Shown here: positions 18,333 to 27,281 of the stretch, one piece after another | Numbering within the stretch: the stretch's first letter is position 1 | How the letters are laid out: each line of letters starts with the position of its first letter | Assembly (NCBI GenBank): GCA_036788695.1 | Contig: DAIQMY010000004.1 | Span: forward strand, 8,136-72,135 | Reading direction: 5' to 3' | Length of the DNA: 64,000 bases | From: Candidatus Levyibacteriota bacterium | GTDB lineage: Bacteria; Patescibacteriota; Microgenomatia; Levybacterales; GWA1-39-11 | Notes under the pieces: model-generated | Told to the model about the DNA's origin: nothing | Database searches by the model: none | What the model saw: the letters and a program-made list of their open reading frames with translations, nothing else | Program-made: the position numbers and the translations under genes

Positions 18333-20453
18333 TCATCTACATACTCCTGCGCTAGGATTATTTGTAAAGACACAAGCTGTGCCTATCTTTGTTTGTAGAC
18401 ACTGACTATTTCTGGTGCAGCTTATGATGCTTGTCTCAGATCCGGTGGATGCAGTACCACTTGAAGTACCGGTGCAGCAAATATTTCCTTTTCCTGATTT
18501 CTGACATGAGTAATTATGTCCTAAAGGAGAAGCAAGGCTCCCTGATTTACATGTGTTTCCTGTCTCACAATGGTAAGAGCCAGTATTGCAGTATGCACCA
18601 GATTCAGATGGGTCTTTATACACGCAATATGATGTTGCTGTTCCTGTGCTACTAGTACACTTAAATTCAGGGGCACAATCACTATTTCCATTATAGCAGT
18701 GATCGTTTTCTCTTCCTGTTCCTCCTGTGTTTCCTCCGCCACCGGATGAGGGAGCAACGCAATTAGATTTACTTGCCATGCATTTCCCTTGTGCCTCGCA
18801 ATAACGCTCGGTAAATCTACAGCAGTATGTTTGGTTTGAGGAGTTGTTTGCATCTTTCCATCCCGGGTAGCAGGCGTTATCAGAACTTCCTCCGCATGAG
18901 CTTCCCTGATTTGTACAGGATTGACCTATTTGATCATCGTTATTATTTCCGCCGCCTGTATTTGTATCAGTGGGGGAGGGGTTTTGAGGAGGATTTCCCT
19001 TTTTTTGATCATCATTTTTGGGAGGACTATTATTATTCCCAGTGCTATCAAGACAACAAACAGAGCGAGAGCTGCCATACGCGTTTCCGCATGCTAAATT
19101 TGCTTCCTCCTGTGTGGCATTTGTGTCAGGACTAAATCCAGATCCACATACCGTCGCCTGACAGGTATTTTGTTTTCCAGACGGACCTATGTTATTACAT
19201 GCACCTGGACGGAATGTGCATTTACTTCCATCCCAATAAGGTGTCGGGTCTTTACAGCTCTGCCCCTGAGGAGGTTGGGGAAGAGTATTTGAGTTATCTT
19301 GCACCCAAGGGTATTTATTGCATATATCTTTGATGCCGTCTTTAGGGATAAAATCATATGTGTTTTGCTCTACGCATAGATATACATCATAATATTTCCC
19401 ATTTACGTACGGATTTGGGTTTGATTTTGCTTTTTTGTCTACAAATTGACCTAGACTATAATTGTCACTTGTAGGTGGTGTTACCATGCATATGGGTCCG
19501 AAATACCCGTTGGGATAGGCATCTGCATTAACTCCCTTTCCGTTTTTACAGATAACATTAGTAAAAGATTTACCAGTTCCTGGATTTTGTTGAAAATTAC
19601 TGCCTTCACCTTCAAAGTAGGCACTTCTTTTGAGCGTGCCTTTCTCTCTCAGGTTGAAACTCCCTCCTGGAAAAATACCTTGGTTGCCCATTATCGAATT
19701 ATTATATTCTGGGGAGTTGACTGGATATCCTATATCGTTAGGGTGTGAAAGACCAAATGTGTGTCCTAACTCATGTGCCATTGCTCCCGTTCCCTGTCTG
19801 CTTGATGGCATTTTTTCCGTAGTACATCTATCAAGTGAATTAATGGGATCATTTTTGTAATAGTACTTTTTTACCCTATTACAGTTTCCGTCTAATTCTG
19901 GGTAGACAGAGACATCCCCAACCATTGCAGTTGCGAGCTCGCTATTTGCACCAGCGTATCCTCCTCCCCCCATAAATACAATTGCATTAATTGTCCCGAA
20001 TTGAGGTCGTCCTATTTCTTCCATGACGTTTTTCCAACTGTCTTTTTGAGTACACCCTGATTCTCCATTGTTGCACCAGTACCAAGTTGCATTATTTTTT
20101 CCTATGAGTGTTTTTACTGGTTGCAAGACAAACGTTTTTCCATCTAATTGTTTACTGTAATATGTGCGTATTTCATCCATTTTTTGACTGAAATGACTAA
20201 TAACAGCGTTGTCTACTGGGTAGTCGCTTGGGAAAAAAACTATTGGTTGAACTGAAAAGCTAGAGTCTGCAATGCGGGAAATAGTGGGCTTTGTCGTTTG
20301 GGTAAAATTTTCTGTGATTTTTTTTGAAAGAGAAAGTCCTCCGAGCGGAACAAGAATTCCTAAAGTAACAATAATAAGAGTAACTAGAGACATAAATCCG
20401 TACGACCTTTTTGGGGTTTTTGATAAATTGGGCTTAAAAAAAGATGAAACCAT
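18333..20453 (-). CDS. membrane-anchored metzincin-type zinc metalloprotease with long Cys-rich C-terminal region
   Basis: HELGHTFGLSH is the metzincin HExxHxxGxxH motif (coded near 19751-19783). N-terminal TM. C-terminal ~350 aa holds ~50 Cys in short modules. Confidence 0.6.
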   Translation of the reverse strand: MVSSFFKPNLSKTPKRSYGFMSLVTLIIVTLGILVPLGGLSLSKKITENFTQTTKPTISRIADSSFSVQPIVFFPSDYPVDNAVISHFSQKMDEIRTYYSKQLDGKTFVLQPVKTLIGKNNATWYWCNNGESGCTQKDSWKNVMEEIGRPQFGTINAIVFMGGGGYAGANSELATAMVGDVSVYPELDGNCNRVKKYYYKNDPINSLDRCTTEKMPSSRQGTGAMAHELGHTFGLSHPNDIGYPVNSPEYNNSIMGNQGIFPGGSFNLREKGTLKRSAYFEGEGSNFQQNPGTGKSFTNVICKNGKGVNADAYPNGYFGPICMVTPPTSDNYSLGQFVDKKAKSNPNPYVNGKYYDVYLCVEQNTYDFIPKDGIKDICNKYPWVQDNSNTLPQPPQGQSCKDPTPYWDGSKCTFRPGACNNIGPSGKQNTCQATVCGSGFSPDTNATQEEANLACGNAYGSSRSVCCLDSTGNNNSPPKNDDQKKGNPPQNPSPTDTNTGGGNNNDDQIGQSCTNQGSSCGGSSDNACYPGWKDANNSSNQTYCCRFTERYCEAQGKCMASKSNCVAPSSGGGGNTGGTGRENDHCYNGNSDCAPEFKCTSSTGTATSYCVYKDPSESGAYCNTGSYHCETGNTCKSGSLASPLGHNYSCQKSGKGNICCTGTSSGTASTGSETSIISCTRNSQCLQTKIGTACVFTNNPSAGVCR

Positions 20454-20523
20454 AAAATAAAAATATGCTTTAAGAAACGATATACTACTACATTAGCATG
20501 TGCAACTAATAAGTCAACAGGTT

Positions 20524-21039
20524 TTAGGTGCAGTTTGTTTTTTCAAATTCCTTTTCTGCTTTTAGTGTTCCCCCTGTCAAATCATTTCCTGATGGTGTCC
20601 CTCCTTCATAGAGGGTTGCTCGCCAGGGTTTTGTATTAAATCCATTGGTGTTACTAAGGATTAAATCATTCACTTGAATATTTTGCTGATTTGGTTCAAA
20701 CGTGTTGTAAATGTTAGAATTTACAGTAATAGGCGTAAAAACTTCTCCGCTTTTTACTTCTATTTTATAGTATCCCGGAGCAGTTCCATGGAATGCAAGG
20801 CTAACGTTTGAGGTATTATTTGCATTATCACACTGCACGTCGGAGGGGAGTTCTATTTTCCAGTCGTTTTCAGGCGGTGTTTGTGGAGCGGTGGTATCAT
20901 TTGTATTTCCATTATTCTTCTTACTGTTTTCTGCCTGAAATAGGAACTGTCCACCTACCAGTAAAAATGCTCCTACGATAATTACAAATATAATAAGAAA
21001 TTCAGCTTCGCCTTTGGTGCTTTTTAATGGTTGCTTCAT
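20524..21039 (-). CDS. TadE-like pseudopilin-like protein (weak)
   Basis: N-terminus KSTKGEAEFLIIFVIIVGAFLLVGGQF shares GAFLLVxGGxQF with the next gene; overlaps it by 4 nt. Confidence 0.3.
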   Translation of the reverse strand: MKQPLKSTKGEAEFLIIFVIIVGAFLLVGGQFLFQAENSKKNNGNTNDTTAPQTPPENDWKIELPSDVQCDNANNTSNVSLAFHGTAPGYYKIEVKSGEVFTPITVNSNIYNTFEPNQQNIQVNDLILSNTNGFNTKPWRATLYEGGTPSGNDLTGGTLKAEKEFEKTNCT

Positions 21040-22079
21040 GGTGTCGGAGTAGTATTTGTACTGCCTCCCGTTTCCTCACAGATTTTGTCTGCAATTTGCC
21101 CATAAATTTCTTTAATATCTTCAGGTTTTGTTGTTTTATAAAATGAGTTAGGTGAGGCAACGGCTTGCATCATGGTAGTAAGTTTGCTCTCAAATGGTCC
21201 GTCCGTTGCGGGATCGAATACAAGAATGGAGAACACTCTGATATTCTTTCCATTAATGTTTTTTAGTGCTTGTATTTGTTGGGCAATTTGAGGATTTGTA
21301 GTTGGATCCTGATCTGCATCAAAACAACGACATGTTGAATACTCACTAACGTAAGCACAGAGTGGATATCTAGCGCTAGAAAAAGAAGAGCAGGACGTTC
21401 TATCCCTTGGTACTCCGCTGCCTTCTCCCTCAGGGATGCCATCAGAAATAAAAACGAGATTAAATGAATTATCTTTAAATTTAGGATCTGCTACGGCTTG
21501 CGTTAAATCCTCAAGTTCCGCGGCAAAAGCGGTACGCGTATTTGTTCCACCGTTGGCTGTTAATCCACTAATTGCTGTGTTAAATTGTGCCTTGTTGTTT
21601 TTATAAAAATCAATTTCTACAGGTCGGGAAGTTGCTGTTGATCCTGTACCGCTTGAGCTATAACGTCTAAGCCCTGTAATAGAATCATTTGTAAAATTAC
21701 TTGCAAAATCCTTGAGGGAGGATTGAATTATTTGTATTTTGTTGCCTTTTTCCATTGAGCCGGATGTATCAACCAAAAAGTCAACGGCAGCACGGTTACT
21801 GCATGCGGCAAATCGTATGGTCTTTAGCTGTAGAGCATTTTTTTGTGTTGAGTTTTCGCGAATAGGTTCTCCTATAGCATTTTCACCTGATTCAGATAGC
21901 TTAAATTGAGGGCCACCTGAAACCAGAAGAAAAGCTCCAAACATTATGACCCCAAGTAGCAAATAGAGTGCAATTTCTCCACGCTGTAAGAACTGAAAGC
22001 TTTTTTTTAGATTGCGTTTTGATGGTCTAGGGGAAGTTTTCTTCTTTGAAGCCTTATGGGCAACGGATTTTTTCTTCAC
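21036..22079 (-). CDS. TadG-like protein: pilin-like N-terminus plus von Willebrand factor A domain
   Basis: QRGEIALYLLLGVIMFGAFLLVSGGPQF; vWA MIDAS residues DFLVDTSGSM, TANGGTNT, FISDG. Confidence 0.55.
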   Translation of the reverse strand: MKKKSVAHKASKKKTSPRPSKRNLKKSFQFLQRGEIALYLLLGVIMFGAFLLVSGGPQFKLSESGENAIGEPIRENSTQKNALQLKTIRFAACSNRAAVDFLVDTSGSMEKGNKIQIIQSSLKDFASNFTNDSITGLRRYSSSGTGSTATSRPVEIDFYKNNKAQFNTAISGLTANGGTNTRTAFAAELEDLTQAVADPKFKDNSFNLVFISDGIPEGEGSGVPRDRTSCSSFSSARYPLCAYVSEYSTCRCFDADQDPTTNPQIAQQIQALKNINGKNIRVFSILVFDPATDGPFESKLTTMMQAVASPNSFYKTTKPEDIKEIYGQIADKICEETGGSTNTTPTP

Positions 22080-22163
22080 ATTTTATTGTATATATATGTA
22101 GTTTTATTAGTCAATAATTAGTTTCATGGGATAATAGCGTTTATTGTAATTTATATGTGTGTT

Positions 22164-22290
22164 TGCTATAATACATTATTCGGGAAACCGAAAATTCACA
22201 CATTCGGAATGAATATAGTTCTGAGCAATCCTCAGAATCCGAATGGAGGATCGGTCCATCTCTAAGTGAGTATGGCTGATAAAAAGAACT
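22164..22290 (+). promoter_or_regulatory. rpsB promoter (extended -10 TGCTATAAT) and ~110-nt structured leader
   Basis: TGCTATAAT at 22164-22172. Leader has hairpin TTCGG-GAAA-CCGAA (22179-92) and nested stems CATTCGG(22201-07)/CCGAATG(22239-45) enclosing TTCTGAG-CAATC-CTCAGAA. Confidence 0.35.
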
Positions 22291-23109
22291 ATGAGAGATA
22301 TAACCCTTGAAGAATTACTTACTGCTGGTTGCCATTTTGGTCATCAGGTTAATCGTCGTAATCCAAAAGCAGACGACTATATATTTGAAGCTCGTTCAAA
22401 CGTGCACATAATAAACCTCGAGAAGACGCGTGAAGGGCTACTTGCTGCTGCAAAATATGTTAAAGCATTGTCAGCTCGTGATGGGTCATTAATCATTGTA
22501 GGAACAAAAAGACAAGCAAAACAAATTGTCAAAGAAGAAGTTGAAAGAGCAGAGAAAGAAGCCCCAGGTAAGCTGTACACAATAACTGCAAGATGGGTTG
22601 GTGGAACGCTCACCAACTTTACCGAGGTTGCAAAGAATATTAAAAAGCTCAAAAACCTTGAGGAATTACTTTCAACTAGCAAGAAAGATGCATATACTAA
22701 GCGTGAACAGGTACTTTTTGAGCGTGAACGTCAAAAATTGTCAGACTTTTATGGTGGAATTTCTGAAATGACTGATATTCCTGATGCATTGTTTATTGTA
22801 GGCACACAATCTGAGGGGATAGCGGTAAGTGAGGCCAAGAGAATGGATTCAGAGATTGTTGGAATAGTTGATACGAATGCTGACCCATCCGTTATTGATT
22901 ACCCAATTCCTGCAAATGATGATGCTGTGGGTTCAATAAAGCTTATTACAAGCTATATTATGGATGCATGGATAGAGGGGAAAAAAGATGCAGCAAAGAA
23001 GCTCGCAGATGAGGCAATTGAAGAAAAGAAAAAAGAAGAAGTAGTAGAGGATTCTGAAAAAGAAAAAGAAGTAAAAACTAAAAAAACTACTAAAAAATCA
23101 AAAGAATAA
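22291..23109 (+). CDS. rpsB: 30S ribosomal protein S2 with K/E-rich C-terminal tail
   Basis: LEELLTAGCHFGHQVNRRNPKADDYIFEARSNVHIINLEKT. Confidence 0.9.
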   Translation: MRDITLEELLTAGCHFGHQVNRRNPKADDYIFEARSNVHIINLEKTREGLLAAAKYVKALSARDGSLIIVGTKRQAKQIVKEEVERAEKEAPGKLYTITARWVGGTLTNFTEVAKNIKKLKNLEELLSTSKKDAYTKREQVLFERERQKLSDFYGGISEMTDIPDALFIVGTQSEGIAVSEAKRMDSEIVGIVDTNADPSVIDYPIPANDDAVGSIKLITSYIMDAWIEGKKDAAKKLADEAIEEKKKEEVVEDSEKEKEVKTKKTTKKSKE

Positions 23110-23125
23110 TCTTTCTATACTTATT

Positions 23126-23581
23126 ATGGCTGTTGATACAAAACTCATAAAAGAACTAAGAGAAAAAACAGGTGCAGGAATTGCGGACTGCAGAGAGGCT
23201 ATTGAGGAATCAAAGGGCGATTTGAAAAAGGCTGAGGAAATTCTTCAAAAAAAAGGATTTGAAAAAGCAGCAAAAAAAGGTGATCGCGCAACCAATTCAG
23301 GATTAATAGATTCTTATGTACACGCAGGAAGAATCGGTGTTTTAGTCGAGCTTCTTTGTGAAACAGACTTTGTTGCACGTACTGATGAGTTTAAAACTTT
23401 ATCTCATGAGATTGCTCTTCAAATATCTTCTATGAATCCAAAGAATGCAAATGAACTGCTTGAGCAGGAGTATATAAGAGATTCCTCAAAAACCATTGAG
23501 CTTTTGATAAAAGAGGCAGTGGCAAAACTAGGCGAAAACATTATTCTTGGTCGATTCTCACGAATTGAACTCGGTAAATAA
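23126..23581 (+). CDS. tsf: elongation factor Ts (short form)
   Basis: LIKELREKTGAGIADCREAIEES (UBA-like N-terminus). Confidence 0.8.
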   Translation: MAVDTKLIKELREKTGAGIADCREAIEESKGDLKKAEEILQKKGFEKAAKKGDRATNSGLIDSYVHAGRIGVLVELLCETDFVARTDEFKTLSHEIALQISSMNPKNANELLEQEYIRDSSKTIELLIKEAVAKLGENIILGRFSRIELGK

Positions 23582-23587
23582 TACAAT

Positions 23588-23830
23588 ATGGGAAGGCGAA
23601 GCGAACAAATTAGTTCTTACATGGGCTTTAAAAGCGAACTGAGTGGTTCTCATAGTAAGGGTGTAATCGAGGAGATGAAGAGAAACAGGAAGTTAATTAA
23701 GATGCAAGAAAAGAGGATGAGAATAAAGCCAGAACAATCAAAAGATGCTCCACCTCATGAAGTTCTATCAAACATTCCAGAGTTTACTGTTAAGGCAAAT
23801 GGTCAAATTGATTTTGTGAGCAATCATTAA
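23588..23830 (+). CDS. hypothetical small basic protein
   Basis: 80-aa ORF between tsf and rseP. Confidence 0.25.
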   Translation: MGRRSEQISSYMGFKSELSGSHSKGVIEEMKRNRKLIKMQEKRMRIKPEQSKDAPPHEVLSNIPEFTVKANGQIDFVSNH

Positions 23831-23856
23831 TCCCCCTTCTTTACGTTTTATTTCTT

Positions 23857-24984
23857 GTGTATAATATTCCCATAATGCTTTTAACTATTGTCGCCTTTAT
23901 TATTATTCTTTCTGTTCTTGTGCTTATCCATGAGCTTGGCCATTTTTTAACAGCAAAAAAATTTGGAATTAAGGTTGAGGAGTTTGGGTTTGGATTTCCC
24001 CCCCGTGTGTTTGGTATAAAAAAAGGTGAAACTATGTATTCAATAAATCTGCTTCCTGTAGGGGGGTTTGTGAAGCTGTATGGTGAAGACGCTGCAGGTG
24101 GTGGAAGTGTGAAGAAGACAAATGGAAAAGATTTACAAACGAAAGACTTAAGACGTGCTTTTTATGCTCGTCCTGTATGGCAGCGGTTTTTGGTAGTGGT
24201 TGCGGGGGTAGTGATGAACTTTGTTTTAGCGGTAGTTCTTATTTCCTATGTTTTTAGCACTACTGGAGTTGCGGTTCCTTCATCAACGGTTAAAATTACT
24301 GAAGTTTTAAGAAATAGCCCTGCAGCATCAAGTGGGATTGTGCCTGGGGACGTGGTGGAGGCAGTAAACGGTGAGAGGATAACGTCTACAAAAGAATTTA
24401 TCCAAACAATCCGTAAAAACGAAGGGAAAAAAGTCGCACTTTTAGTAAAGAGTAAGGGAGTATCTCAGGATATTCAGTTGATTCCAAGAAGTAAGTATCC
24501 AAAGGGTCAAGGTCCAGTAGGAGTTGGGATAACGGATATAGAAGTTAAAAAATACCCATGGTATCAAGCACCTTTTTTTGGGACAATCGAGGCGTTTAAA
24601 TTTTCATGGATGATAGTGGCAGGCTTAGGTCAAATGGTATATACGCTTGTTTTTGAAGGGCACAAGCCCGAAGGGGTAGCAGGTCCAATTGGCGTTGCCC
24701 AGCTTACTGGTCAAGCAGTTTCATACGGTGTTACTGCTACATTATGGTTTACCGCTTTATTATCTATAAACCTTGCGGTTTTAAATGTTTTGCCTATCCC
24801 TGCGCTAGATGGTGGAAGGCTTTTCTTTATTGTGATTGAGGCTGTAACTCGTAAGAAGGTAAGTCCGAAATACGAGTCATATGCGCATGCTGCAGGGCTT
24901 GTGGCACTTTTGGGGCTTATGCTTTTAATCACTCTTTTTGATATTATTCGTATTGCATCAGGGCAAAGCCTTCTTCCAAAGTAA
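23857..24984 (+). CDS. rseP: RIP zinc metalloprotease (site-2 protease) RseP
   Basis: HELGHFLTAKKFGIKVEEFGFGFPP; PDZ-like middle domain; polytopic. Confidence 0.85.
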   Translation: MYNIPIMLLTIVAFIIILSVLVLIHELGHFLTAKKFGIKVEEFGFGFPPRVFGIKKGETMYSINLLPVGGFVKLYGEDAAGGGSVKKTNGKDLQTKDLRRAFYARPVWQRFLVVVAGVVMNFVLAVVLISYVFSTTGVAVPSSTVKITEVLRNSPAASSGIVPGDVVEAVNGERITSTKEFIQTIRKNEGKKVALLVKSKGVSQDIQLIPRSKYPKGQGPVGVGITDIEVKKYPWYQAPFFGTIEAFKFSWMIVAGLGQMVYTLVFEGHKPEGVAGPIGVAQLTGQAVSYGVTATLWFTALLSINLAVLNVLPIPALDGGRLFFIVIEAVTRKKVSPKYESYAHAAGLVALLGLMLLITLFDIIRIASGQSLLPK

Positions 24985-25125
24985 ATACAAGACGCTTATT
25001 TTTATTCTTTTTTTACCGTTTTTTTCTAAAGTTATATTGTGGAGTCACAACAACACTCAAAATTTCCTATAAATCCGGTACAATAGTTATAATACTTAGA
25101 CAAGCATCACTTTTTTTATTCTGAA

Positions 25126-25143
25126 CCGTGGACTAGTCCACGG
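25126..25143. promoter_or_regulatory. perfect 18-bp palindrome CCGTGGACTAGTCCACGG, 6 nt upstream of the 25150 start codon
   Basis: Exact inverted symmetry; a 16/18 copy sits at 25583-25600 just after the same gene. Confidence 0.45.
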
Positions 25144-25149
25144 ACACCT

Positions 25150-25560
25150 ATGAAAAGATATAAAGACATTTCACAAGACGACATTTTTTCAGCTTGGAAT
25201 AAGCTGAGGGATGCTTTACTTGCTGCCAAAGACGGACATGAGGTAGAGGAGATTATGAAATCATTATTTACTGACGAAGAGAAATTTCAACTCGGAAGAA
25301 GAATAATGATTGCTGAGTGCATCAAAGATTCTATGACTAATGCCGAGATTTGCGATCTTTTAAAAGTAGGTAGAAGCACCGTTACACACATACTGAGAAG
25401 AGTAGAGAAGTATCCTAAAGGATTTATGCTTATTGAAAAAAGGGGAAAACGAGTTAAAAGAGAATATGAAAATAAAAAATATAAAGAGGTAGGTGGCTCT
25501 AGGCTAATTTGGAAGAAAAAAATTTATACAGGAGTTACAAAAAAAGATATCAAGAGATAA
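25150..25560 (+). CDS. TrpR/YerC-like helix-turn-helix protein
   Basis: ICDLLKVGRSTVTHILRRVE resembles the Trp-repressor/YerC family HTH. Confidence 0.5.
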   Translation: MKRYKDISQDDIFSAWNKLRDALLAAKDGHEVEEIMKSLFTDEEKFQLGRRIMIAECIKDSMTNAEICDLLKVGRSTVTHILRRVEKYPKGFMLIEKRGKRVKREYENKKYKEVGGSRLIWKKKIYTGVTKKDIKR

Positions 25561-25582
25561 TTTTTATATTTTTTGTATTTTG

Positions 25583-25600
25583 CTATGGACTAGTCCACGG
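25583..25600. promoter_or_regulatory. second copy (16/18) of the ACTAGT-centred palindrome, 23 nt downstream of the stop
   Basis: CTATGGACTAGTCCACGG; core TGGACTAGTCCA is perfect. Confidence 0.4.
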
Positions 25601-25619
25601 TCACAATACGTTTATTAAT

Positions 25620-25800
25620 TTTAGAAGATGGAGTGACGAATATGGAGTGAGGATATCGGGATGAGGATGGGGTGAGAGTGTGGGATGAGGATAGAATGAT
25701 GAATATGGGATGAGGATGGGGTGAGGATATCGGGGAATGTAGAATCAGGGTGAAGATGTGAGGAGTGAAGTGAGGATTGATTATTAGATAAGGTTTTGTT
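25620..25800 (+). repeat. C-depleted GA-rich degenerate tandem repeat (GATGAGGATGGGGTGAG-like units) upstream of frr
   Basis: ~180 nt with almost no C on the + strand. GGGATGAGGATGGGGTGAG recurs at ~25658 and ~25717; GGATATCGGG recurs too. A single complementary TTATCCTCAT lies at ~25797-25806, just before the frr ATG. Confidence 0.5.
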
Positions 25801-25818
25801 ATCCTCATAGATGTTCTT

Positions 25819-26376
25819 ATGGATATAATTACCCCTGAAGTGAAGCAAAAAATGCAGAAGGCACTAGATTCAGTTAGAATGGATTTTGCAACTGTTAGAA
25901 CCGGTAAGGCTTCCCCATCTCTTGTTGAGAATATTGTTATTAAAGCATACGGTGGAGCAACCCCCCTGAGAGTAATGGAGCTTGCGACAATTCATGTGCA
26001 AGATGCGCATACGCTTATACTTACGCCTTTTGACCACAGTGTTATTGGTGAGATCGAGCACGGTATACAGGATGCGAAGATAGGAATAAATCCTATTATA
26101 GATGGAAATTTTCTTCGGATTAATTTACCTCCTTTGTCTGAGGATAGAAGACGCGAGTTTGTAAAAATGGTAAAACAAAAAGGAGAGCAGGGAAAAGTCA
26201 TGATGAGACAAATTAGGCATGACGGCATGGAAGACGCAAAAAAATTGGAGAAACAAGAGGTTTCAGAGGATGAGATAATACGCGTTGAAAAAGAAATACA
26301 GCGTTTAACTGACCACTTTATAAAAGAAATTGATGATCTTGCGGCTCAGAAAGAAGAAGAACTCATGAAAGTATAG
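25819..26376 (+). CDS. frr: ribosome recycling factor
   Basis: Full-length RRF-type sequence (VRTGKASPSLVENIVIKAYG...). Confidence 0.9.
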   Translation: MDIITPEVKQKMQKALDSVRMDFATVRTGKASPSLVENIVIKAYGGATPLRVMELATIHVQDAHTLILTPFDHSVIGEIEHGIQDAKIGINPIIDGNFLRINLPPLSEDRRREFVKMVKQKGEQGKVMMRQIRHDGMEDAKKLEKQEVSEDEIIRVEKEIQRLTDHFIKEIDDLAAQKEEELMKV

Positions 26377-26605
26377 CATCTTCCCGTTCTCATTGTTTTC
26401 TATAATTAATAATCCATTTTTCAAGTAACTTTATTTCTCATGCGCAATATTCTGCGTGCGAAGTTTGAGGTGCAGATGTGCTACGCTCGCCCAAAAAAAA
26501 GTAAGATACCCCATGGGGTAAGCCCGGGGAGCCACATTTTATGAGTTTTTAGTTCATTTTCACAGAATGTATACGCTGGTTATTTGTTATATAATGGTTA
26601 CCGTT

Positions 26606-27214
26606 ATGCGACTACCTAAAGCTCTTTCCCGCGTTATAGAAGATTTTGAACGATTACCTGGTGTCGGGCCAAAATCTGCTCAAAGACTCGCGTTTTATTT
26701 GCTTCATGTTCCTCAGAGTAATTTGGAACAATTCGCAAATGATTTAGTGCATTTGAAGAAAGAAACAGTTTTATGCTCATTGTGCTATAACATTGGCGAT
26801 ACAGACCCCTGTTTTATTTGTTCCGATACCGGAAGGAATAAAGAAACTATTTGTGTAGTTGAGGACGCATTGGATGTCTTGGCAATTGAAAGAAGTGGAA
26901 AATACGGAGGCGTATATCACGTTCTTCATGGAGTTATAGACCCGCTTAATAGCATTGGTCCGGATGACATATATATTCCGCAGTTACTAAGTAGGGTAAA
27001 AACATTAGGAAGTGAGCTTGGGGAGATTATTTTTGCAACAAATCCTACTATGGAAGGGGAAGCCACTGCCATGTATATAGTAAGACAATTAAAGGAGAGG
27101 GCTGACGGCGTAAAGCTTACGCGTATAGGTCACGGTCTTCCTATAGGGGCTGATATAGAATACGCTGATGAGACAACGCTTGATCGCGCGCTTGAGGGTA
27201 GGCGTGAGTATTGA
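26606..27214 (+). CDS. recR: recombination protein RecR
   Basis: LPGVGPKSAQRLAFYLL, C4 zinc finger CSLCYNIGDTDPCFIC, Toprim region. Confidence 0.85.
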   Translation: MRLPKALSRVIEDFERLPGVGPKSAQRLAFYLLHVPQSNLEQFANDLVHLKKETVLCSLCYNIGDTDPCFICSDTGRNKETICVVEDALDVLAIERSGKYGGVYHVLHGVIDPLNSIGPDDIYIPQLLSRVKTLGSELGEIIFATNPTMEGEATAMYIVRQLKERADGVKLTRIGHGLPIGADIEYADETTLDRALEGRREY

Positions 27215-27281
27215 TAAAATTTCAGAATTGACAGAAATTGTTAAATTTGTATAATACAAAAGTTACTTGAAGTAAAATAAT

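Noticed and set aside
25590-25848. His/Pro/Ser-rich minus-strand ORFs 25590..25808 and 25621..25848
   Set aside because: They are the reverse-frame read-through of the GA-rich tandem repeat. There is no start context, the composition is extremely biased, and they overlap the frr promoter region.
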